From an uncultured archaeon (lineage in GTDB: Archaea > Asgardarchaeota > Lokiarchaeia > Sigyniarchaeales > SOKP01): a stretch of DNA of 12,317 bases. This document shows, piece by piece, positions 1 through 8,160 of the stretch. The notes below the pieces were generated by a model. That model ran no database searches and was not told where the DNA came from. It saw only the letters and a list, made by a program, of their open reading frames with translations. The position numbers and the translations under genes are program-made. Position 1 is the stretch's first letter. Each line of letters begins with the position of its first letter. The DNA is taken from the NCBI GenBank assembly GCA_964525635.1, contig CAZGJX010000111.1:1-12317 (forward strand). Direction: 5' to 3'.

Positions 1-140
1 GCATGTGCTAATAAAGATTATGATTTAAAATATGTGAAGAAAAAAAAAATAAAAGAAGTTTATCATAAAATAATATTTTTAAAATTTTTTATTTCCCAAT
101 ATTAAAAAATCTTATTTTATTTTATCTTTGCAATCTATTT

Positions 141-947
141 TCAGGGTTTTTGAATTATAATATCTTTAAGTTGTGTGATAGTTTTTGATCTTAAATGCTC
201 TGTATCTTTTATACTTTCTTTAACTGAACTTAAATCAGGTTTACTTAAAGTTGCAGAATGTTCAATATTTCTTAGTCTGTGCTCAACTTCCATAATATTA
301 GAACTAAGTTTTATTACCGCATTCATAGTTGATTCTAAGACTTCTGCCATTCTATTTATTTTTATTTCGACGGTTCCATCTTTTATTGGTTTTCCATCAA
401 TAATTTGTTTAACCAAATTGACAAATTTAGGTTCTTTTGGAAAACCAGAATATATAGAAGTTAAATACAACTCATAATCAATATCATTTTCTAATAATAA
501 AGGTTCGATTAATTTTTTCAGATATTCTATATTAGATATTGTTTCTTTAAATTTGATAATTTCAGGATCGTATTTATGAAAAAATATTAAAACATATCTA
601 TTTTCATTTAATTGCTTTATTATTTTTAATATTTTTTTAAAATAATTTATACTTTCATTATAACGTTCTGAATCTTGAATATCTATTACATATATAATTA
701 AATCGATTCCTATAAAATAATGTTCGGGATCCTGTAAATATTGAATCCTATGATCTTTTTGACCTCCAAAATCCCAAATGAAGAATCTCATATCTTCAGT
801 ATCAATTTCTTGTCTATTCACTCCTCTTGTAGGTTCTAGAGATGCTAACTCATCTATACCTAAATGTCCTCCAAACCTTGATAATAGTGAAGTTTTACCA
901 GCATTGTCTAAACCTAATACGATTATTTTCTGTTCCATTTTTATCAT
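141..947 (-). CDS. Arf/Sar1-like small GTPase with C-terminal helical/coiled-coil extension
   Basis: G1 GLDNAGKTS, G2 EPTRG, G3 WDFGGQ, G4 HKYD, G5 TSI in the correct order; about 90-aa helical tail. Start may be ATG 947 or ATG 938. No Gly2 myristoylation site. Confidence 0.93.
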   Translation of the reverse strand: MIKMEQKIIVLGLDNAGKTSLLSRFGGHLGIDELASLEPTRGVNRQEIDTEDMRFFIWDFGGQKDHRIQYLQDPEHYFIGIDLIIYVIDIQDSERYNESINYFKKILKIIKQLNENRYVLIFFHKYDPEIIKFKETISNIEYLKKLIEPLLLENDIDYELYLTSIYSGFPKEPKFVNLVKQIIDGKPIKDGTVEIKINRMAEVLESTMNAVIKLSSNIMEVEHRLRNIEHSATLSKPDLSSVKESIKDTEHLRSKTITQLKDIIIQKP

Positions 948-1080
948 ATATTTTTTTGAATCTCTGTTTTTGGTTAATTTGATTGTAAAACAGTTATATT
1001 TATATAAATAACTCCTATTTTTAAGATTAATGCAAAATTATAATTTCTACTTTTTAATAGATGGTATTTAGTTAAAGATA

Positions 1081-1449
1081 TCATTTTAAAATATCTGTTA
1101 TAATTTCTCTAAATTCTTGAACTTTAATTGGTTTAGAAATATATTTATTTATACCTGCTGCAAGGATTCTCTCTTTATCTCCTTTCATTGCAAAAGAAGT
1201 AACTGCAATTATTGGAACCATTTTGAATTTATCAATTTTTCTTAACTCTTTTGCAATATCTATTCCACTCATTTTTGGTAATTGAATGTCTAAAATAATT
1301 AAATCAGGATCTCCTGATTTTATAAGTTCTAATCCTAAATCACCCTTTGTTTCAGTAAAAATTTTAATATCAGGAATTAATTTTAAAATTGCATTAAATA
1401 ATTTCATATTTTTCTCATTATCTTCGATAACATATATATTTTTAAGCAT
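1081..1449 (-). CDS. Single-domain response regulator (CheY/DivK-like receiver)
   Basis: Acidic pocket IEDN, phosphoacceptor DLIILDIQLP, AVTSFAMKGD, YISKP; no output domain. Confidence 0.96.
   Translation of the reverse strand: MLKNIYVIEDNEKNMKLFNAILKLIPDIKIFTETKGDLGLELIKSGDPDLIILDIQLPKMSGIDIAKELRKIDKFKMVPIIAVTSFAMKGDKERILAAGINKYISKPIKVQEFREIITDILK
1301..1320. repeat. Intragenic palindrome AAATCAGGA-NN-TCCTGATTT (copy 1)
   Basis: Perfect 9-bp arms with a 2-nt spacer, inside a 29-nt block (1301-1329) identical to the reverse complement of 11769-11797. Confidence 0.6.
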
Positions 1450-1455
1450 TTAATT

Positions 1456-1460
1456 ACCTC
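1456..1460 (-). promoter_or_regulatory. Shine-Dalgarno-like GAGGT upstream of the receiver gene
   Basis: Minus strand reads GAGGT-AATTAA-ATG (6-nt spacing), a G-rich element in an otherwise very AT-rich spacer. Confidence 0.5.
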
Positions 1461-1590
1461 GATAAAAATTACAGATTATTATAAATAGATAATTGTTTTG
1501 GTACTTATTTATAGGTGTTTTATTGCATATGTTTATATATTAATTGAAATATTATTTATTTATATTTTTACTATTGGATATAAAAATATC

Positions 1591-2910
1591 ATGCCTCAAG
1601 CAATTGGAGTCTTTACTTGGGATAATAAAATTGGTTCAGTATTAGATTTAAAATATCCAGAATCTGCTAAAATTTCAAATAGTTTAACTCAGAAAATTTA
1701 TATGTCTCATGCGTTTAATGAAGAATTTAATAAAGAAGAATTACTCGAAGTCAATTTTAATAATCAAACTATACTTAGTTTTTGTGATAAAAAAAGGGTT
1801 CCAGAGTTTGGATATGAAGTAATTATCCTTTTATTTGATGAAGTTGAAAAAGAAAATTTATATAAATTAAAAGTTGATTTGTTAGAATTTGGAAAAGCTT
1901 TATTTGAAAAACCAAAAGAGGAGAGAAAAGAGTATTTCTCAAATAATATTGATAAATTCTTTCAAAAATCGACAGCTAAAAAAATATTATTATTAGGAAG
2001 AGCAGGTACGGGAAAAACAAGTATAAAGCAAATTATATTTGAAGGTAAAGATCCAAAAACACTTTTATATAATCCTTTAGAACCTACTCGTGGTATCACA
2101 CCCTCAGTTTATTCTTGGCTAGATTTAAAGTTAGGTTTATTTGATACATCAGGTCAAGAACTTAAAGATCTTTTATGTGAGGAAAATCTCGATCAAACAC
2201 TTGTTTTTGAAAATTCTGATGTTATTTTATATCTTTTTGATTATCCTTTATGGAATTCAAAAAGAGAGCTTATTTTCAATGATTTAGAAAAAATCAATTC
2301 AATTATTCAAAAGGAAAAAAACCATATTCAAATAGTTTTATTTCTTCATAAAATAGACTTAATAGAAGAAAGTAATATGGATAAGGAATTGGAGCATATT
2401 ATTAATAGTATCAGAAAAAAATTTGATTTTTCAATTTATTTTACTAGTATCTTTCCTATGTTAATATATAATCTTTATAATGCTTTTTATAACATCGTGA
2501 GTAGCTACTCTGAAGATACTTTAAATATAAAGAAAATTTTAGATGAGATGACTAATGAAAATTCTAAAACTATGTGTTATATTACCAATAAAATTGACTC
2601 AATTATTGTGCAATCAATGTCGAAAGATTTTAATACACTTTTAATCAATCATATCCATAAAATGATTGCCCAATTAACCCAATCTTTTGAGAATATTGCA
2701 GTTAATGATAACATTGATCATCTTATAATATCAAGTTCGAAATCAATAAATACAATTCTTTACTATCTTAACTTACAAAAATTTAATATCAAGAATTTAA
2801 TTATCATTTCAGAAACACTTAGTGCTAACAAATTGATTTTACTCGTAGGAAAATTAAGATTAAAAATAAATAGGCATTATTATTTGGGTAAAAAACAGAA
2901 TAGTTTATAA
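1591..2910 (+). CDS. Rag/Gtr1-like small GTPase with N-terminal longin/uDENN-like domain and C-terminal roadblock-like domain
   Basis: ATG 1591 (MPQAIGVFTWDNKIGSVLDLKYP) preferred over TTG 1498, whose extension looks like translated AT-rich spacer. G1 KKILLLGRAGTGKTSIKQIIF (Gtr1/RagA-like), EPTRG, FDTSGQ, HKID, TSI. The C-terminal ~120 aa show a helix/strands/helix/strands/helix pattern consistent with roadblock. GTPase call is strong; accessory domains are moderate. Confidence 0.88.
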   Translation: MPQAIGVFTWDNKIGSVLDLKYPESAKISNSLTQKIYMSHAFNEEFNKEELLEVNFNNQTILSFCDKKRVPEFGYEVIILLFDEVEKENLYKLKVDLLEFGKALFEKPKEERKEYFSNNIDKFFQKSTAKKILLLGRAGTGKTSIKQIIFEGKDPKTLLYNPLEPTRGITPSVYSWLDLKLGLFDTSGQELKDLLCEENLDQTLVFENSDVILYLFDYPLWNSKRELIFNDLEKINSIIQKEKNHIQIVLFLHKIDLIEESNMDKELEHIINSIRKKFDFSIYFTSIFPMLIYNLYNAFYNIVSSYSEDTLNIKKILDEMTNENSKTMCYITNKIDSIIVQSMSKDFNTLLINHIHKMIAQLTQSFENIAVNDNIDHLIISSSKSINTILYYLNLQKFNIKNLIIISETLSANKLILLVGKLRLKINRHYYLGKKQNSL

Positions 2911-2956
2911 TAATACACCAAAGAAGTATTTTTTTATAAAATACAATAAAAAGAAT

Positions 2957-5740
2957 CTAAATTATTACATCTAACTTTTTAGATTTCTTTGGAAGAAAAA
3001 GAGTAAAAGTACTACCAACTCCTAATACACTTGAAAAAGTTATAGTTCCATTATGTAATTCAATTAATCTTTTTGTTAAAGATAGTCCTAATCCAGTTCC
3101 AGGAGTTGATCTTACATATGTAGAATCAATTCTTGTGAAATCCTTAAAAATTAAATTAAAATCTTTATGTGCAATGCCTATTCCTGTATCTTTTACTTTA
3201 AACATCCATTTATCGAAATATTCTTTTATTGTTAAATAAATTTCACCATCAATAGTGAACTTGATAGCATTTGTTAATAAATTTAAAAGTATTTCCTTAA
3301 ATCTTATAGGATCAGCATATATTTCAATATCCTCATCTAATCCCTTTATTAGAAATAATAATTTCTTTTTTGTGTACATTGGTTTTAATGTTGAATTAAT
3401 TTGATCTAAAATAGTCTTTAAGGAAAATTTTTGTTTATTTAAGATAATTTGTCCTGATTCTAATTGAGTAATATTTAATATATTACTTATCATGTCATAC
3501 TGATGTTCTGCTGAAGTTTTAATATCTAATAAATATTCATTTTGTTCTTTATTAAGGGGTCCAAATGTTTCCTCTAATAATAATTCAGTAAATCCAATGA
3601 TTGCATTTAAAGGTGTTCGTAATTCATGGGACATGGTAGCAAGGAATTGAGATTTAAATTTAGAAACTTTAATGATTTCTGCTTGATATAAATTTTGTCT
3701 TTCAATAGATTCTTGAAGTTGTTGAGTTCTTTTACTTACTTCTTCCTCTAAACTTTGCCTAAACTCTTCTCTTAGTTTTTCTTCTTTTTTTTTTTGAGTT
3801 ATATCTCTTATTATTGACCAAAATCCAGAGATATTATTATCGATATCTGTTTTTATCCATATTTTTATATTAACTGGGATAGTATCTCCATTTTTTTTGG
3901 TTAAAACATTTTCAAATTCTTGAAAATAATTTTTGATAAATATTTCATTATTTTGAATTGACATATCAAAAATATTTATATCTGTAGAGATGATTTGATT
4001 AAAATTAATTTGTTTTAAATTATCTTTATTAAAATCCAGCATATCTAAGAATGCTTTATTAGCATCAATAAAATTACCTTCAAGATCAGTCATTGCAATT
4101 CCATCTTTACTTGATTCAAATAATCGACGATATTTTTCTTCTGATTTTTTTAATTCTTCTTCTGCTAAATTTTTATCAGTATAATCAATTAAAGTTATTA
4201 AAATTGCTTTTTTACCATGATATTGAATAGTTTTTGAATAAATATTAATCCATTTAATATTACCAGATTTAGATATGAACCTATATAAGTATGGATCATA
4301 TACTTTTAAAGAGTCTTTCATTCTTTTTTCAAATCGATCCATTGCAATAGCTCGGTCTTCAGGATGAATATTTTGAAAAAATCTATGTTTTGACCAGTTC
4401 AACATAACTTCAATTGAATATTCATTTATATCAGAAACTGCCTTATTGATATATAAGATTTTTTCATTTTGAATTATTAATGTACCCATAAAAGATTGTT
4501 CAGTTATAATTTTAAAATTTTCCTCTGATTCTTTTAATTCAGTTATATCTTGAAGCATTAATTCGATTAATTTTAAGTTTTTAAGAGAAATTATATTCAT
4601 TCGAACAAGAACATTAGCTAATGTATTATCTTTTTTATAAATCTCTGCTTCAAATGATAGTGGGATTAATTTTTCTTTTAATACTTGTATTGATTTAATA
4701 AATGTATCGAAAGACTGAGGAGAATAGAAACAGAATTCCTTGATATTTTTTCCTATTATATCATCTTCTAAATATCCAAAAGCCTTATTAAACGCAACAT
4801 TTGTTATTAAAAACTGTAAATTCATTTCCATTATAATAATTGCGATAGGGGAATCATCAAAAAAACTTTTATATAATTTTTCTGATTCATTAAACTCTCT
4901 TGTCTGCTTTAAAATAGTCTCTTCTAATCGTTTATTTAGCTTTATTAATTTTTCTTCAGATCCCTGTAATTTTTCTCTATCTTTAAAAAGTTGAGTAATA
5001 TCTCTAAATGAAGCAACCATCTCATTCTTAGAGATCTGAAATGCAATTACTTCATATGCACCCTTTATTATTTTATCATTATAATCAATTTGATCCCATT
5101 TCCAAATTCCCCCATTCTTTGCAATTTCTTTATATTTTTGAGGTACATCTGTCTTCATTAAAGGAGGAAATGCTTCCTCAATTGTCATACCTATGAATTT
5201 TGAGCAATCTACTTTAAGGATCTCATTTGCGGCTATATTTGATCCAATGAAAACCAACTTTCTATCTGGTTTTAGTGAGTATAAATGAAATCCTAAAGGA
5301 ATTGATTCACATATCTTATCTAGTTTATTTTCAGATACCTGAAGCTTTAAATTTATATTCTTCAGAAATGTTATATCTTTTGCAATGTTTAAAATTGCAT
5401 ATATTCCTTCATTATTTTTCAAGGGAATACCATAAGTATCAAGAAATACAAAATTATCATCTTTGGTTCGAATTTTGTAACTACTCAATTTTAGTTGTTT
5501 TCCATTTTCCTTAAGTGAAGATATAACTCTCAACATTTCTTCATATTGAATTTCGTCTACTAAATGTTTAAAAGAAATATTTAAGAGCTCTTCTTTAGTA
5601 TAACCAAAAATGTTTAAAGCAATTTCATTTGCATCAAGAAAAACTCCTGTTAGATCATATACATATATTAAATCTAAAGAATACTTAAATAAATATTCAA
5701 ATCTTACTCTTATATCGTCTATACTAAATTTAATATTATT
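2957..5740 (-). CDS. Soluble multi-PAS (5 PAS) sensor histidine kinase; 5' end irregular
   Basis: H box MSHELRTPLNAIIGF, N box NLLTNAIKF, G1 DTGIGI, F box, G2 GTGLGL; five PAS repeats ending in DIT/DYT. The frame stays open for 68 codons upstream of the tracked ATG 5536, up to TGA at 5741-5743, and encodes the first half of PAS1. No obvious transmembrane segment. Confidence 0.93.
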   Translation of the reverse strand, partial: NNIKFSIDDIRVRFEYLFKYSLDLIYVYDLTGVFLDANEIALNIFGYTKEELLNISFKHLVDEIQYEEMLRVISSLKENGKQLKLSSYKIRTKDDNFVFLDTYGIPLKNNEGIYAILNIAKDITFLKNINLKLQVSENKLDKICESIPLGFHLYSLKPDRKLVFIGSNIAANEILKVDCSKFIGMTIEEAFPPLMKTDVPQKYKEIAKNGGIWKWDQIDYNDKIIKGAYEVIAFQISKNEMVASFRDITQLFKDREKLQGSEEKLIKLNKRLEETILKQTREFNESEKLYKSFFDDSPIAIIIMEMNLQFLITNVAFNKAFGYLEDDIIGKNIKEFCFYSPQSFDTFIKSIQVLKEKLIPLSFEAEIYKKDNTLANVLVRMNIISLKNLKLIELMLQDITELKESEENFKIITEQSFMGTLIIQNEKILYINKAVSDINEYSIEVMLNWSKHRFFQNIHPEDRAIAMDRFEKRMKDSLKVYDPYLYRFISKSGNIKWINIYSKTIQYHGKKAILITLIDYTDKNLAEEELKKSEEKYRRLFESSKDGIAMTDLEGNFIDANKAFLDMLDFNKDNLKQINFNQIISTDINIFDMSIQNNEIFIKNYFQEFENVLTKKNGDTIPVNIKIWIKTDIDNNISGFWSIIRDITQKKKEEKLREEFRQSLEEEVSKRTQQLQESIERQNLYQAEIIKVSKFKSQFLATMSHELRTPLNAIIGFTELLLEETFGPLNKEQNEYLLDIKTSAEHQYDMISNILNITQLESGQIILNKQKFSLKTILDQINSTLKPMYTKKKLLFLIKGLDEDIEIYADPIRFKEILLNLLTNAIKFTIDGEIYLTIKEYFDKWMFKVKDTGIGIAHKDFNLIFKDFTRIDSTYVRSTPGTGLGLSLTKRLIELHNGTITFSSVLGVGSTFTLFLPKKSKKLDVII

Positions 5741-5761
5741 TCACTTTTAAATTATTCATTT

Positions 5762-7993
5762 TTAATCTTTTTTTGGAATTGTAAAAAAAAATGTTGTTCC
5801 TTTTCTTTTTTCACTTTTAAACCATATTTCTCCACCATGAAGTTCCACAAGCCTTTTTGTTAATGCTAAACCGATACCAGAGCCAGATACATCTTTGGTT
5901 ATATCATTTTCAATTCTACCAAATTCTCTAAAGACAACATCATAATCATTTTTATTAATTTCTACTCCTGAATCATTGACTTGAAATTCCCAATGATCAA
6001 ATCTTTCAATACCACGAAAGCTAACTCCACCATCATTAGTAAATTTTATTGCATTATCAATTAAATTATAAAGGATCTGCCTAAATCTCATTTTATCTGC
6101 ATATATAATAGTATGTTGATTAACATTTTCTAAATTAAAATATAGTTTTTTTTTCATATATATAGGTTTAAAAATTGAATGGATTTGTTGAATTACAGGG
6201 TATAATTTAAAATTCTCTTTTTCTAATTTAAATTTAGCAATTTCTATTTTTGAGAGATCTAATATTGAATTAATTAACCCATTTAAATGTTCAGCTGCAG
6301 TATAAATATCATTCAAATAATCTTTTTGGTCATCATTCAATTCACCATATCCACCATCAATTAGTAAAGTTGAAAATCCAATAATAGCGTTCAGGGGAGT
6401 TCTTAATTCATGTGACATCGCAGCAAAAAATTTGGATTTAAACTCTAAGGATTTAATAAGTTGGTCTAGTAATTGTTCTCTATTTCTTTCATATTTTTTT
6501 CGAGAAGTAATATCTGAAATAAATGATTGAATTATAACGTTATCAGCGATTTTTAATATATTCGATGTAATTTCTACATTGATTTCTTCTCCATTTTTTT
6601 TTATAATTTTTGTTTCAATTGTATTACTTTTTGACATGACATACATATCATTATGGTAATACTTCTGCACAATTTCTATATTTTCTGGATCAAATAATTC
6701 AAATATTTTAGAATTTAGAAAGTCTTCTTCACTATAACCAAATAGGATCTTAGCTTTTTCATTGGCCCTTAGTATTTTTCCATTTTGATGAATTAAGAAA
6801 ATTGCTGAAGGTGCATGTTCAATCAATGTATTCATTTCGTGCAAAGTTTGTTCTAAGATCCTCACTTCTTGTTCAGATTGTTTAATGTCTGTAATATCTT
6901 GAATTAATAAATAAACTAATTTCTCATTATCTAATTCAATTAAAGAGAAAATCATCTTTAACCATAAATCTCTCTTATATTCTCTTTTAATATTAACAAT
7001 CATGGGATCAGGGATTTTATTTTGTTTTAATGCTCTAAAGATCATTTTAAAGAGGCTAATATATTGTTTTGGAAAAAGTATAATGTTTTCATAACTTTTA
7101 TTCATAATTTCATTTTTAGAATAACCAATTAATTTCTCCAATATAGAATTTGAATCTATGATTATACCATCCAAATTCAAGATTAAAATTGGATGAGGTG
7201 TTTTCTCAAATAATAATCGATATTTTTTTTCAGACTCCTTTAAAAGATGTTCAACTTGTTTACGTTCAGAAATATCTCGAATTGAGTAGAAAAATGCAGG
7301 ATTTCCCTCCCATTCAATTTCTACAGAAAAGAATTCAGAGACAACTGTAAGATCTTTATTTTGAGTTATTTTATATCCTTGTTTTTTCCCCATCATTATA
7401 GGAACATCAAAATATTGATTTAATAATTCATTTCTACTTTTTCTAAGATATTTTTCTGCTGCATGATTAACAAAACGTATTCTATATTCTTTATCAGTAA
7501 TAATTATGCTGTCAATAGTTTTTTCTATTATTTGTTTTAAACGTTTTTCATTGTCTTGTACTTCTTGTGCTAATAATTCAATTGTTAGCATCATATTGTG
7601 CCTAGCGATTGCAGAATATAAGACATGTTCCAAAATTTTTATATCAAATTGGTCTTCTATTAAATAATCTTGAGCACCTAATTGAATTGCATTTTGTGCT
7701 AATTGTTCATCTTCTAAGGAAACTATAAGAATTATAGGAATAGTTCTTGATTTTTTTCTAATTTTATAAAATGTTTCGAATCCATTGCTGTCAGGAAGAT
7801 ATAATCCTATAAGAAGTATATCTATTTCATTATTTATAATATATTCTGTAGCTTGTGATAGGGTTTTACATATATACGTGTCATAAATTGAATTTTCTGA
7901 AATTCCTAACAATGATTGAATAAACTCCATCTTTTCTGAATTATCGATAACTAAGAGTATTTTTAAGTTCTGTAATGACATTAATATATCCAA
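5762..7993 (-). CDS. Histidine kinase: degenerate receiver + 3 PAS + HisKA + HATPase_c
   Basis: N-terminal receiver fold (ILLVID...LYLPDSNG...GAQDYL), three PAS repeats ending in DIS/DIT, H box MSHELRTPLNAIIGF, N box NLIDNAIKF, G2 GSGIGL. Start is TTG 7993 or ATG 7981. Confidence 0.94.
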   Translation of the reverse strand: MDILMSLQNLKILLVIDNSEKMEFIQSLLGISENSIYDTYICKTLSQATEYIINNEIDILLIGLYLPDSNGFETFYKIRKKSRTIPIILIVSLEDEQLAQNAIQLGAQDYLIEDQFDIKILEHVLYSAIARHNMMLTIELLAQEVQDNEKRLKQIIEKTIDSIIITDKEYRIRFVNHAAEKYLRKSRNELLNQYFDVPIMMGKKQGYKITQNKDLTVVSEFFSVEIEWEGNPAFFYSIRDISERKQVEHLLKESEKKYRLLFEKTPHPILILNLDGIIIDSNSILEKLIGYSKNEIMNKSYENIILFPKQYISLFKMIFRALKQNKIPDPMIVNIKREYKRDLWLKMIFSLIELDNEKLVYLLIQDITDIKQSEQEVRILEQTLHEMNTLIEHAPSAIFLIHQNGKILRANEKAKILFGYSEEDFLNSKIFELFDPENIEIVQKYYHNDMYVMSKSNTIETKIIKKNGEEINVEITSNILKIADNVIIQSFISDITSRKKYERNREQLLDQLIKSLEFKSKFFAAMSHELRTPLNAIIGFSTLLIDGGYGELNDDQKDYLNDIYTAAEHLNGLINSILDLSKIEIAKFKLEKENFKLYPVIQQIHSIFKPIYMKKKLYFNLENVNQHTIIYADKMRFRQILYNLIDNAIKFTNDGGVSFRGIERFDHWEFQVNDSGVEINKNDYDVVFREFGRIENDITKDVSGSGIGLALTKRLVELHGGEIWFKSEKRKGTTFFFTIPKKD

Positions 7994-8160
7994 CTATTTA
8001 TTCGAGTTATTATCATAATTTTTTTTTATGATTAGATCTTTCTTTTAGAATATTAAAATCTACAATCATTATATCAGAAGTATAATTTAAATATAATTTT
8101 TTTAAATTTCCTTTTAGAATATATGACTAATAATCCGGTCTTCTTCTATATAAAGACAAT

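Noticed and set aside
1-105. Open plus-strand frame at the left edge (ACANKDYDLKYVKKKK...)
   Set aside because: Could be the 3' end of an upstream gene but is too short and low-complexity to support a call.
175-477. 100-aa plus-strand ORF
   Set aside because: Antisense shadow of the GTPase gene; no recognisable motifs.
778-1011. 77-aa plus-strand ORF
   Set aside because: Mostly antisense to the GTPase G1-G3 region; no motifs.
1498-1590. Hydrophobic N-terminal extension (apparent transmembrane segment) on the Rag-like protein
   Set aside because: TTG start with I/F/Y/L-rich translation typical of AT-rich spacer DNA; the domain begins at ATG 1591.
4740-4994. 84-aa plus-strand ORF
   Set aside because: Antisense within the PAS kinase.
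5275-5514. 79-aa plus-strand ORF
   Set aside because: Antisense within the PAS kinase.
5745-5751. Canonical -1 slippery heptamer T-TTA-AAA in the mini-ORF upstream of the large kinase
   Set aside because: A -1 shift enters a frame that stops within about ten codons (TAG); the PAS frame needs +1.
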